Positions 52,541 to 64,000 of a stretch of 64,000 bases of DNA are shown here, piece after piece. Below the pieces are notes generated by a model. That model worked only from the letters and a program-made list of their open reading frames with translations. It made no database searches and was not told the origin of the DNA. Each line of letters starts with the position of its first letter. Position 1 is the first letter of the stretch. The stretch spans positions 37,078,001 through 37,142,000 of the forward strand of contig NC_045696.1 in the NCBI RefSeq assembly GCF_009834535.1. Reading direction: 5' to 3'. The translations under genes and the position numbers were made by a program. This stretch comes from Camelus ferus (Eukaryota).

Positions 52541-54339
52541 GAGGACCCTTCATCTCTCTTTTACTGTGTATTTAGCAATGCAATAAAATCATGTTTATTT
52601 CAGTTTCTCCAGGAAATATTAAAATATCTACAGAGGATCTTTTCCACTGTCATTCTAGGAATACATTTTCTCTGTTGCTTTATAATAAATTATGATATTA
52701 CTTTTATTTCTCTCTTTACATTTCAAAGAAAATATATTGAGATTTGCTATGTGTAAACACTTGGCTAATAACTGAATGTGGGAAGAAAATGATTAACAAT
52801 AGATTCTGTGGCTTATCCTTCAATCACAGAGATGATGTCAAAGGAATTGATTCTCTCCATTCTCCTGAAACAATACTTAAAGAAATTGTTAAAAATCGTG
52901 GTTGATGATGTGGTCAAGGTTTATGTATCAGACTGACCACCTATATTTCCTGGATAATCAGGTGTTATGATTGGCATTACTGAAAATGCATTTGCACTGG
53001 AGAACAGGAGCTAACACAATGCTCTAAAGGTTTGCATGTCTGGCTGGTTATGTAGTTCTAAAAGGAAAGTGGAATCAACTCCAGCGCTGACAGCTTCTGT
53101 GGTCTGAAGTAGTGTCATATGTAGTGTCAACTCAGTGTCATATGTAGTGATCCTGCAGATGGTACAGAATGAATGAGTCATGAGGATTTGTGCTTGGAAG
53201 TTATGAGACTATGCCACGCTGTTGCTGTACATGCTGCGTTGTTTCCTGTCCTGTATCCTCACAAAGCTAAGAAAACTTGGATCTGGGTGAAACTGAATGG
53301 AAACAGTGAGGTGGTTGTTCCTCACAATCATGACCAATGCTGCCAGTAGAGCATACTGGGCATTTGGCATGATAGCTAATTTTAAATACTGAAACAACCA
53401 AAGGGCATTGCAACGTTTATTAATCTAATTTTGTATGAGGAAACTAAAGATCACCCTGATTAATTAATTTATTTAATTGAAGTGCCTAGAACATAACCAA
53501 TTTGCACTTAAAATTTTCTTTTCCTTTATTCAGAATTTATAGGAATTTGGAGGAAACTATTATAGGATAACAGTTCTTTCTGTTGTGTCTGATAAAGACC
53601 AACATGTTGGAAATATCCCACATACTTGACCATAGAGCGAAATAAAATTTAATATAAATGACAACACAGAAGCCATGTACTTTGGTACAAAAATTTTAAA
53701 AAGAAATTAATTAAAAGAACAAAGTAAAACTAAGCTGAACTTTAAAAAAATACATCAGGTTAAGCACCAGTACCAGATGTTAGTACTTAGCATATCACTA
53801 CAGTATGTGAGAGTGGCAAAGGAATAGATGATCTGGCAAATGATTAGATATGTTAAAATATGGAAAACTATATTATAGCTTAATGGTATATATTAAACTG
53901 TATTATCATTAGATATGTTAACATATATTTAACTACCAAAATATTTATATATAGAAAATAATTATTGGCAGAGCTTGACTTGCAACCATATATTCAACAC
54001 TTGAGAATATATATTTTAACAATAAATAAATATGTGAAACTAAGGAAAACCAATTAAATGACAAACACAACTAGAAGTTTGTAGTTTTGTGGGTGGCAAG
54101 AAGGACAGAAAAGATAGTTGTAAGAAAAAGTGCTGCATTTGCTAAAGGCACAAAGGATGTTAAAGAGACTGCAAAATTCGGTTATTAAGCTGAGTGGTGA
54201 GAGCATGAGTGTTTAATTCTTATTAAACTAATTAACTTAATTATAATTAAGTAATAGTGATTAAATTAATTATTATCCACTTATAGTTAGTATGAGTGGG
54301 AAAAATGCCATAAATAAGGTGGGTTGCATATAAGCAAGG

Positions 54340-55018
54340 ATGCTCCACATCATATGTCATCAGGGAAATGTAAATTAAAACAAGATAGCACTACACATCT
54401 ATTTTAATAGTCCAAGTCCAGAACACCAACAACACCAAATAGTGGCAAGGACATGGAGCAAAAGGAACTTTCATTCATTGCTGGTAGAAATGCCAAAAGT
54501 TATGGTCACTTTGGAAATGACAGTTTGTTGGTTTCTTCCAGAACTAAATATACTATCATCATATGATCCATCTATCATGGTTTTTGGTTTTTACTCAGAG
54601 CAGTTGAAAACTTATGTCCACACAAAAACTTGCACATGAAGGTTTATAGCAGCTTTATTTATAATAAAACTTGGAAGTAACCAAGCTGTCCTTCAGCAGG
54701 TGAATGGATAAGCTGTGGTACATGCAGACCGTGGAATATTATTCATTGCTAAAAAGAAATGGGCTAGTGAGGCATTCAAAAACATGGAGGAACCTTAAAT
54801 ACATACTACTAAGTAAAAGAAGCCAATCTGAAAAGGATACATACTATGATTCCAACTATGTAACATTCTGGAAAAGGCAAAACTATGGAGACAGTACAAA
54901 GATCAGAAGTTATCAGTGGTTAGTAGGGAGGGAGGGCTGAAGAGGGAGAGCTCACCATAATGGTGTGTATGTCATTATACTTTTTTCCAAATCCACAGAA
55001 TGTACAACACCAAGAGTG
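54340..55018 (+). mobile_element. L1MC1/2-like 3' region
   Basis: ttgaaaacttatgtccacacaaaaacttgcaca; catggaggaaccttaaatacatactactaagt; ttctggaaaaggcaaaactatggagacagt. Confidence 0.88.
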
Positions 55019-55039
55019 TATTAAAGAGTCCATTAAAAC

Positions 55040-55285
55040 AAATAACATACATTATATGAGGAACTTAGAATAGGCAAACTCATAGAGAAAGAAAGTAGAA
55101 TGCAGATTATCAGAATCTGGAGAGAGGAAGAGGAATTATTGTTTAATGGGTGCAGAGTTTTGTTGGGCGTAATGAAAATGTACTGGGCATTGATAGTGGT
55201 GGTTGCTACCACATATTGTGAATGAATGCATTTAATGCCACTAAATCATGTATTTATGAATGTTTAAAATGATAAATATTTGATA
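55040..55285 (+). mobile_element. L1MB-like 3' UTR fragment
   Basis: tagaataggcaaactcatagagaaagaaagtagaat; ttattgtttaatgggtgcagagttt; tttaatgccactaaat. Confidence 0.8.
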
Positions 55286-56869
55286 ACAAAAACATGCAAA
55301 GTAAAAAAGCCTACTATGAATCAATACAGGCTTGCATTTCTAAAATTACTGTTTTAAAAGTATTGACAATGAAAGTAGTATCCAAGTAATCCATATTTAT
55401 ATTTTTATAAAAAATTCACTATTCAGTAATTTCATAGTAAAATGACTAAATTCCCATTCAAAGAAGTGGTATTTTAGAATCTCCTGATAAATTTATTAAA
55501 AATCAAATATGAAACTAAATCCCAAGTACAATGTGAATTTAGGCTTTTTTTTTTTTTGTGGATCGGGGAGTGGGGTCCCTCCCTGATCCACTCACAACAG
55601 GTTTGAGATACTGGTTATGATTATTTGCTTGTTTTTTTTTCTTTTCCTAAAACCCATCTTTGTACCAAGCTCCAGTTTTAAAATATTTGGTAGGTAAGAT
55701 AAATTCCCCTATCACACTGCATCCTAATTTTGGATTAAAGAAATTGTTTCTATCTTTTGATCCCTTGCCAACTTAATTCTTAAATCATTAAACATTATAG
55801 AAGGAATCCTGAAATTCTAAAAAGAGGCAAATTGTAAGAGATATAAGATAATGTGTTTAAATAGCTAACAAAATGCTGTGTATTACTATTATTACATATA
55901 ATCTATAGAAATATATGCTGATTAAATATTGTGTCCATGTTTTGTCACTTGATTTGTCTATTTTATTATGTACGTACATGTAGGCTATTATCTTCTCAGG
56001 ACCACAAGGAACACTCAAAGATAGTCAACCATTTTATAAATTATCTAGAGGCAAGACCAGAAGTTCATAAAACTTAGTCTGTAATATTGGGATAATCTGC
56101 TTAAGATTGAGGATATTTGGTGTACATGAAATCACTTTGGGTAACTTTGGATAAATTTCAGCAGGATCTTGGACCTTCTAGGAAAAGGGAGGTTCTAAAT
56201 GTTCTGCCAATCTTCTGCATTTGTTGATCTGGTTAATGGAGTAATTTAGTATTGTCTGCCAACAACCACTAATTTGGCTTTGGCATATGTAAAGGCTTTC
56301 TTGTATTTCGTACTCTAAATGAAAGTTTAGTTAATTCTTAAGCAACTTCTAAGCCATAAGCCCATAAAGAAATTCCTAATATATTGTAGAAGAACATAGT
56401 TAAAGTAATTTTCAAGGCTATGGCAAGTTATTTATAGGTAAAAAAGAAAGAATAACCATTAGACCCGGCATTGTTTAATGTCACTTGAGATTGAAATTTT
56501 ACCTCACGTCTGAAAAATCACTTAATTTCTTTCATGCTCTGAGTAACTTTTTCCTGCTTTTATACATGTGAAAATCTTCCTGATTAATTTTTAAGTTATT
56601 TATCTCGTTAAAAGTGAGACATTTTAGATGTCTTTGGTATTTTTAATATTACCTTAAAATTTTTAAAATTTTAAGTTTTGTACATAAAATTAAAGTTATT
56701 TTGTCTTTTAAGTTATTTATACTTAAAATATGAAATATACTATTTTCTCTAAAATATCAGGTTCCTCTTTCTGATCTTGTCATTCATTCATGTGGTATTT
56801 TCTTCCTCAGAGGAAAAAATAATACTTTTAAATAGTAGTAATAGGCATCTCATTTACCTTAATTTTACA

Positions 56870-56908
56870 TCTGTCTGTCTGTCTATGTCTGTCTGTCTAT
56901 CTATCTAT
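56870..56908. repeat. (TCTG)n/(TCTA)n tetranucleotide repeat
   Basis: Read directly from the sequence. Confidence 0.85.
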
Positions 56909-57439
56909 GAGCTATGCCTACTTTTTGCCCTCCTAATTTGTGTAAAACCTAGTTATTTTGAGACCTCAAATCTCAGAGTAGGTTAAGAGCAAAAAACAAA
57001 AGCTAATTTTTACCATACAGACCAAAAATCTGAAATGAGATTTAATCATTCCTTTGCAAATTATGAAACAAATATATGATGGTAATTGTTTATTATTAAA
57101 TCTATAAAATAAAAATAATTTTAATAACAGAATACTTGAAAATAAGGATTTATCTTTACTGAAATTTGTAAAGTAGTGCAGTGGATTGTAAAGCATAGTT
57201 GTGGATGTTTCCCGTATGGAAAATAAAATGTATACGATGTTGATTATTTATAAAATTCAGAAATGTGCAAGTACTTAAAAATTAAGACTGAAGACAATTT
57301 TTATCATTACTTTCTTACTCATAAAAGTATCTAGTTAGAGATCATTCAATTTGATGTAAGAGGATAGAAATTACTGGTTTATAACTAGTTTACTTTATAC
57401 TTAGATTTAAAATACAGACAAAAATGAGTGTAAACTAAA

Positions 57440-58390
57440 CTGTTTTATGAAATTATATGTAAATTTGCCACTTAATGTGATTCTGGCAGTGATCACTTGG
57501 GATGTATCAGTGAATAGAACACACAGGTATCCATCCAGTGGTGGACTGGAGTTGGTGTATCTTAGTTTATGAGAACAGACTGTTAAATATTTAGGATGTT
57601 TGCTTGCCAATTATTAACTGCAATTGACCAAGGTGGGAATATTTACACCCTGAAAATCATGCAAACAATACCAATCAGGGCTTTAAAAAAATTTTTAAGA
57701 GCCAATTTATCAGCAAACCATTGCAAATATCTCTTTTCTAGCCTAGAGAGATGGACAATAAACAACATGTATAATAAGTAAGTGTATTATATTGTATGTT
57801 AAATGGTGATAAAAGATTTGGTTAACAAAAATAAGGAATGGTGATGGGATTGTGAGCGTGGTAGGTGAGCAGTTCACAGCATTAAATAGGTTAGTGAGGG
57901 TAAGCCTCATCAAACAAAAACATGACGTTTCTTAGGAAATCAGCCATAGGAAAATCTGGAAAAAGTGTCCAGGGCATGGAGAAACAGGTAGGAAAAAATT
58001 CTTAGTTCAAAAGATTCCCAGAAGAAGAGCAAGTAAGCTGCTGTCACTGAAGCAGAGTGAGCAGGGCAGAGTAGGAGAGAGTGAGCAAAGAGGCCATAGG
58101 GTCCGATCAGCCATCCTCTGGAGGCTAGCAAAAGGCTTTGACTTTTTTCTTTGAATGCAATGGAGAGAACCTGTGGGGTTTCAAATAGAGCGACAGGATC
58201 TAATAAGTTTGTAAAGATAACTTTGCCTTCTGTGTTGAATGTGGAGTCAGCATGTGAGAGGCATTTGGATAAAACCAGAAGAGAAGCCTGTTAGGATATA
58301 ACACATTAATCCACATGAGAAAGGACCACAATTTACAGCAGAGTAGGAGCAAGTGGACATGAGACATCCTTGGATTCTAGAGCCAAGAAG
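57440..58390 (-). mobile_element. L2 LINE 3' region interrupted by MER63
   Basis: gggatgtatcagtgaatagaac; ttaaataggttagtgagggtaagcctca; ctgaagcagagtgagca; ggctttgacttttttctttgaatg. Confidence 0.8.
57536..57723 (+). mobile_element. MER63A-like (hAT-Blackjack) DNA element
   Basis: TIR-like ends cagtggtggactgg / atcagcaaaccattg; internal ggtgggaatatttacacc and aatcagggct. Confidence 0.75.
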
Positions 58391-60164
58391 GATATAGTGG
58401 TGGCAGTTGCTCAAGCCTTCATCTCCATTAACTAATCAATTGAAGGTGCATATTTTGAAAAGTTAAAATTTTATCATGATTAGTGAGTTGACTTTGGTGC
58501 AAAAAATTAAAATATGTAGTTGACTATTATCCTTGTGACCTAAGCTTGTCACGTTGACAAATTTACTTTTGGAATTTTACAATCCTTCTGAAATTAGGTT
58601 AACTTTCTTTTCAATATTTTTGAAGTGTTAAGAATGTCAGTTTGACTTTTAGCTAATTTAAAGTTTGATGATGTTTCTGTTAGCCCATGCCGCGAGATGG
58701 TCTTGCTCATCAAGAGTGTCACTAGCTCCATAATGAACATAACTACCCCTGGCCTGAGGCCATTAAGATACATTTTGCTTTGCATTGGAAATCTATTACT
58801 CATCTTAAAAGTCAACATATGCTTTAATGCTAATGAATTGAAGTGGTATGGGATTTCTAATTTACTTAAAACTAAGATCTATTTTCCTTCAAGTCCCTAG
58901 CTCCACTAATAGAAATCTACTTCAGGGCACATTTCAAGGTACATTAGACACCATCTACTTTATCCACATAATGCTTTTATTATTGGAACTTTAAATGATC
59001 CCCTCCTCAACTTGAGCGCAGCATCTAATCTCCATAGAAATTAGCAGTTAGCAGAAATCTTTCCTATAGATGTAACAGATGAACTGTATCTGGATTAAAT
59101 AATCATTATTTCAGACATAAAATGTTAGTTCAACCTTCAGAGGACCTTTGTGTTCAGGTAATAACTTGCCCTGCGTACTAGAGAAAATCTGGACTCTGTA
59201 AAAAAAATAACTGTAACATGATTTGAAGGAATCATATTAGGGCATCTTTATCTATCAATAATTCTTATGTGATGATCTCTAAGTGGCCATAGTTCCCTTG
59301 ATGATACCTTGATGGCATATTATAATTATACATCACATGAGAGGTACTAATATTGTGTGCTTTAAAATAAAGTTTGTGTCATAAAACTAAATACCAAAAA
59401 TCATTTATTTCCCAAGAGTTATATTTGAAATGAGATATAATTTGTCCAGCACTTTAATTTTAGATATTATTACATAGGGTATATGCGTGACATTACAACA
59501 ACTAGGAGGGATTTTTGATGTCACATCAACACTCTTACGTATGGGATATGGTACTAATACCAAATGAGGTGATATAACTTAACCTAAGGTCACGTACACA
59601 GCAGTAGTATTGGAATTATCTCCGTCTTTCCTGAGTCCATATTCTGTGTGACTTGAGTCATGCCACAGTGTACCTTCTGGATCTCGCTATCATTTCTAAA
59701 CTTGTCTGAGGCATTATAAAACAATTTCCTATTCTGTAGTTCAGCATCAAAATATTATTCAATATTAATGGAAATTATAATTTTAATAAAACATTTCTAA
59801 TAAACTTATAATTTTGAATATATTTTAATAATTCCAGGTAAAATACAAGATTAAGGATTGTATATCATGTTAATGAATATATTTTGAATTGTTCCTTTGT
59901 ACAACTACATGCTTTACAAATTATCAATTTTATTATATATAATTAATTCTTTTGACAAGAAAGATTTTAAAATATAATACAAATGATTTTCAGTCAAAAG
60001 GAATACCTAGAAAGATTTGACCAAAGTCAATGTTTATGTAACATCATAAATCAAAAACAAAAATATATTTTAAATAAAAACTTGTCAGAGACTACATGCA
60101 GGGGTGATGAATTGGACAGTTAAATAAGTATTTTGTGTACATAATGAGGAGTAAAAGGCTAGAG

Positions 60165-61720
60165 GATGTTAACTAAAGGCCATATATGACAAGCTCACAG
60201 CTAACATCATATTCAACAGTAAAAAGCGATAAGCTCTTTCTCTAGTATCAGGCGCAAGACAAGGATGCCCACTCTCGCCACTTTTATTCAACATAGTATT
60301 GAAAATCTCAGCCAAATTCAATTAGGTCAAAAACAAAAAATAAATTAGAAAATCCAAATCATAAAGGAAGAACTGTCAATATTATAAATTTGGGAGTTTG
60401 AGATTTGCAAATGTTAGCCAATATATATAAAATGGATTAAAAAAATAATTTTCTTCTGTATAGCACAGGGAACTATATTAAATATCTTATAATAACCTTT
60501 AATGACAAAGAACATGAAAATGAATATATGTATGTACATGCATGACTGGACATTGTGCTGTACACCAGAAATTGACACATTTTAAGTGACTATACTTCAA
60601 TAAAATAATAAAATAAAAAATCAAATGACATAATATATCATATAGAAAACCCTAAAGACTCCACCAAAACTCTGTTAGAATAAATTAATTCACCAAAGTC
60701 ACAGGATACAAAATCGATATACAAAAATCTGTTGCATTTCTATATGTTAATAACAAACTATTTGACATAAAAAATAATACTACAATCCCATTCACAATTT
60801 CATCAAAAAGAATTAAATGCCTAGAAATAAATTTAACCAAGAAGGTGAAAGAGCTATACGCTGAGAACTATGACAGTGATTAAAAGACACTGAAGAAGAT
60901 ACAAATGAATAGAAAGGTATTTGTGTTCATGGATTGGAAGAATTAAAATTGTGAAAATGTCCATATGACACAAAGCAATCTACAAATTTAGTGTAGTCCC
61001 TATCAAAATTCCAATGGCATTTTTCACAGAAATAGAACAGATAATCCTAAAATTTGTATGGAACCATGAAAAACACTGACTAGCCAAAGCAACGCTGAGA
61101 AAAAAGGACAAAGCTGGAGGCATCACACTCTCTGATTTCAAACTGTGTTACAAAGGTATAGTAACAAAATAATATGGAATTGGCAAAACAGACACAGAGA
61201 TCAATGGAACAGAATAGAGAGCCCAGAAATAAACCCACACGTGTATGTTCAATTAATTTATGACAAAGAAGCCAAGAATATACAATGGTGAAAGAACAGT
61301 CTCTTCAGTAAATGATGCTGGGAAAACTGGACAGACACATACAAGGGAAAAAAACTTAACATCATACTCAAAAATCAACTCATGAGCTCATGAACAAACT
61401 TGCGGTGGGGGTGGGGCTGAAATGAGAGAATGGAGGAACGGGGGTTGAAAAGTACAAACCCCCAATAATAAAATAAATAAGTCATGGGAATTTGATGTAC
61501 AGATAGGGAGTACAGTTAATAATATTGTATTGTATATTTTAAAGTTTATAAAATAATATTACAAGTTTTCATCACAAGGAAAAATAACTATGTATTGTGT
61601 TGGATGCTAACTAGAATTATTGTGGTGGTCATTTCACAGTATTTACGAAGATTGAATCATATTGTATATTAGGAAATAATACAATGTTATATTCCAATTA
61701 TATTTAAATTTTAAAAATAC
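60165..61720 (+). mobile_element. L1MA9-like element (ORF2 RT to C-terminal part, internal deletion, 3' UTR)
   Basis: aagacaaggatgcccactctcgccacttttattcaacatagt; aatggaacagaatagagagcccagaaataaaccca; 3' UTR aaataaataagtcatggg...ggtcatttcacagta. Confidence 0.9.
60382..60620 (+). mobile_element. Young camelid-type L1 3' end nested in the older L1
   Basis: ataaatttgggagtttgagatttgcaaa...ttcttctgtatagcacagggaactatatt...acaccagaaattgacaca...gactatacttcaataaaa plus an A-rich tail. Homologous to about 46975-47140. Confidence 0.88.
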
Positions 61721-62392
61721 TTTGCTGAACTACAAACTTCATAAAGCCTTCAATCATGTTTTAATCCATAAGTTATCTATGAAAGCAAAACAAAACAAAA
61801 TCCCACAACTTTTTAGACCCATCAAGAACCATTGAGGCATCAATTAATACCAGCTATAAAAACATAGATCCAATGTTCAGATTAGATAGTACAGTATTTC
61901 CAGCTGTTGAAGAGAAGGATTTAAGTGAAATTACAAACCACCCCTTCTCAAAAAAAAAAAAAACAAAGTTGATGCTTGTTCCTAGAAGGCACTCTTTACA
62001 CAATCCTACACTGACTGATTCTCAAGTAATAAAAATCAAGTGAGATCAAGCTTCTCTGGGCAGGTTGACCATTATTTTGTCCCTGGCGTAAATATACAAA
62101 CCTACTCAGTGCACACACATGCTCAAAGAGATCGTCAAAGGAATCAAATATTTAAATAAAATTTAAATCCACAGAATCAGAGGTTACTAACAAATCTTAA
62201 TAATAGTAATAAATTCCTGTCTGTCTTTAAATTTCCGTAGACGCTCTAAAATACCCAGTCCTGGACTCAGGCAGGACACTGGGACCCGCTGAGCCTCTCT
62301 GACGGAGGCTGTGGAGACAAGTCCTTCCTGCTTTGCTGCCAACGTGAAGGTTCCTGCTGGACGATGTTCTGTTGCTTGGAAGAGAGCTGCAA

Positions 62393-62404
62393 GCCCTCTG
62401 CTGG
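62393..62404 (-). promoter_or_regulatory. CTCF core-motif match
   Basis: Minus strand CCAGCAGAGGGC fits CCASYAGRKGGC exactly. Binding is not demonstrated. Confidence 0.4.
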
Positions 62405-62646
62405 TTGCACAGAACAGAAACAGATGAGGTATCAGGCCCTTCTGGCTTCAATCTTGGTAATGGGGATGCACAAGGAACTCAGTGAAGGGAGTGAGGGTGG
62501 ATGACTGTCATTACAGGCCACTACCAGGGGCCTTGACTCAAAGTAAAATCTTCATGATAAAGGTGAAAATGAAGGCAGAGGATCACAATGGTTGCAAGAG
62601 AAAAGGGAGTTCAAAAAAACAACCCTCCAGAGGGTGAGTGATGCAC

Positions 62647-63059
62647 TGTCAGCCGAGGGAGGCTGAAGAGGGATTCGAGGAGGAGCTGCCCAACTGGAAG
62701 AAGGCACGAGAAGCCGACATGCGTGAGGAGCCGACATGCGTGAGGAGCCAACATGGAGCAAAACAGCACTTTATTGCAGTACAAGTGGGTGGCACCCGCC
62801 CTCAGGTGTACGCACTTGTCCTTTTATTATGCCCACGCATGTGTATTGTTCAAAATGCTTACTCATGCCTCTAGCGCATGCGTACAGTTACTTCTTACCT
62901 CACACACACGCAGGTTATTGTGAGCTTTGACCTGCTCACTCAAGACTGCCAACAGTCACCGTAGCTTCCTGAGCCTTTGTGAGTGTAAGGGGCGCCTGGG
63001 TTATCTATGCTGAGGAAGGACAGGCGGCAAGAACGCAAGTTTCTCGGGATTTTATAATC
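62647..63059 (-). mobile_element. CpG-rich LTR, cut off by a second ERV
   Basis: Ends ...cctcggctgaCA on the minus strand, with AATAAA at 62770-62775, a TATA-like ataataaaag at 62821-62830 and about 18 CpGs. No PBS follows it. Confidence 0.7.
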
Positions 63060-63534
63060 TGTGAAGCCAAACTACTGCCTGAACGGGATAGACAGGTACC
63101 TTAGGCTAGTGGTTGCTCCTTATATCAAAAGTTCAGAAATGGCCGAAGTAAAACCAATGAATCGTCAAAGTAGCGATTATAAGTTTATTGTATACACACC
63201 AAAAGACAGTTCATGAAACAAAAACATGGAACAAGTCTCAGGGATATATTGTTATGAAACAGTTTATATAGTAGGAGGCAGTGACTGTTTATTCTTCATA
63301 GTGATTGGTTGTAACATTAGAATTGTCTTAAGTGGTAGGGAATTGGTCAGTGGTTACCGCATATCAACCTGAGGAAACAAAGTTTTGCTTCTCATTTCCG
63401 GAGGCATAAACAAGGAGTGACTCAGGCCAAGTTAGTCTTGCAAAATAAGCTAAATTAAGCTCTGTTAGTATGACTAAACTGGTTTTGTGTATTTAAGGAA
63501 CTTTCAAGGCTGGTCTCTATTTTTTATTTTAACA
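63060..63534 (-). mobile_element. Complete ERV1-class 3' LTR (475 bp)
   Basis: Minus strand TGTTAAAATAAAAAATAGAGACC...GGCTTCACA. CCAAT boxes near 63301-63350, TATATAAA 63263-63270, AATAAA 63184-63189, and a PPT-like ccaaaagcagggat immediately upstream. Confidence 0.85.
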
Positions 63535-64000
63535 ATCCCTGCTTTTGGTTATTCTTTTGGTATTCTGAGAGTCTGACCAACTACCATTGATGTAGTCCAA
63601 CCAAAGAATCGCATATTCGCTGTTTTTAGTAGTTGAATCGTCAGGCTAGAGGGTGGTTAAGTCATGATCTCCATCACTTATGTGATTTTCATTGATTCAT
63701 CCAGTTGTCTGATCCTGATACATACCATGTGGCATGTGAGTGGCTACCGACAGTCATTTAAAACCTTTGAGAGTATAAAAAGCAGCAGAGAGATCAGTAT
63801 GATGACTATAAGGAGAATAATAGTCAAAGATTGAAAAATTCCCCAGATCAGAGAGTCCCAGGAGCCAAAATTTAACCAATTAAATAGAGCTCTTTGAAAA
63901 ATATCATACATACATAATATACACACAGAGACATACATAAACATGCAGACAGACACAGAGATCTTACAGCTTTTGTTTTAAAAATCTTAGTCCTATCTCA
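63535..64000 (-). mobile_element. ERV1 (MER4-group-like) internal sequence with env TM-anchor remnant; runs off the window
   Basis: 63744-63887 encodes LFNWLNFGSWDSLIWGIFQSLTIILLIVIILISLLLFILSKVLNDCR. It is joined to an AT-rich tgtctgtctgcatgtttatgtatg segment typical of MER4-group internals. Confidence 0.78.

Noticed and set aside
52047..52756. Longest ORFs in the window (168 aa and 153 aa)
   Set aside because: Both arise from the stop-poor CT/GA simple repeat and have low-complexity translations.
53111..53149. 16-bp direct repeat agtgtcatatgtagtg (two copies)
   Set aside because: An ordinary slippage duplication; not a CRISPR-like array or a TSD of any visible insert.
1..64000. Prokaryotic systems (operons, CRISPR arrays, defence islands), tRNA or rRNA genes
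   Set aside because: The sequence is mammalian and repeat-rich, with no long ORFs, regularly spaced repeats or recognisable structural RNA genes.

Overview
AT-rich, CpG-depleted mammalian nuclear DNA (intronic or intergenic), not prokaryotic. The young L1 3' ends are cetartiodactyl-type and most resemble camelid L1s, and I see no Alu, Bov-tA, PRE-1 or Can-SINE, so a camelid source is my best inference. I cannot support any host protein-coding exon; the ORFs I can assign are LINE-1 or ERV debris or low-complexity artefacts, and the rest look like chance ORFs. Much of the window is recognisable transposon sequence: L1 fragments of several ages, L2, MIR, MER2/MER58A/MER63A DNA elements, and MER21, MER110, LTR33 and MLT1 LTRs. 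Two structures stand out. (1) An ancient, internally deleted minus-strand provirus (32356-36681) has MER74-like LTRs, an ERVL-class pro/RT/RNase H and a gammaretrovirus-type env, but no recognisable integrase. (2) A nest of LTR elements at 62.5-64 kb includes a CpG-rich young LTR and an ERV1 3' end that keeps only the env membrane anchor, next to a CTCF-like motif. Repeat family names come from recalled consensus sequences, not a database search, and boundaries are approximate. I found no evidence for a new biological system.
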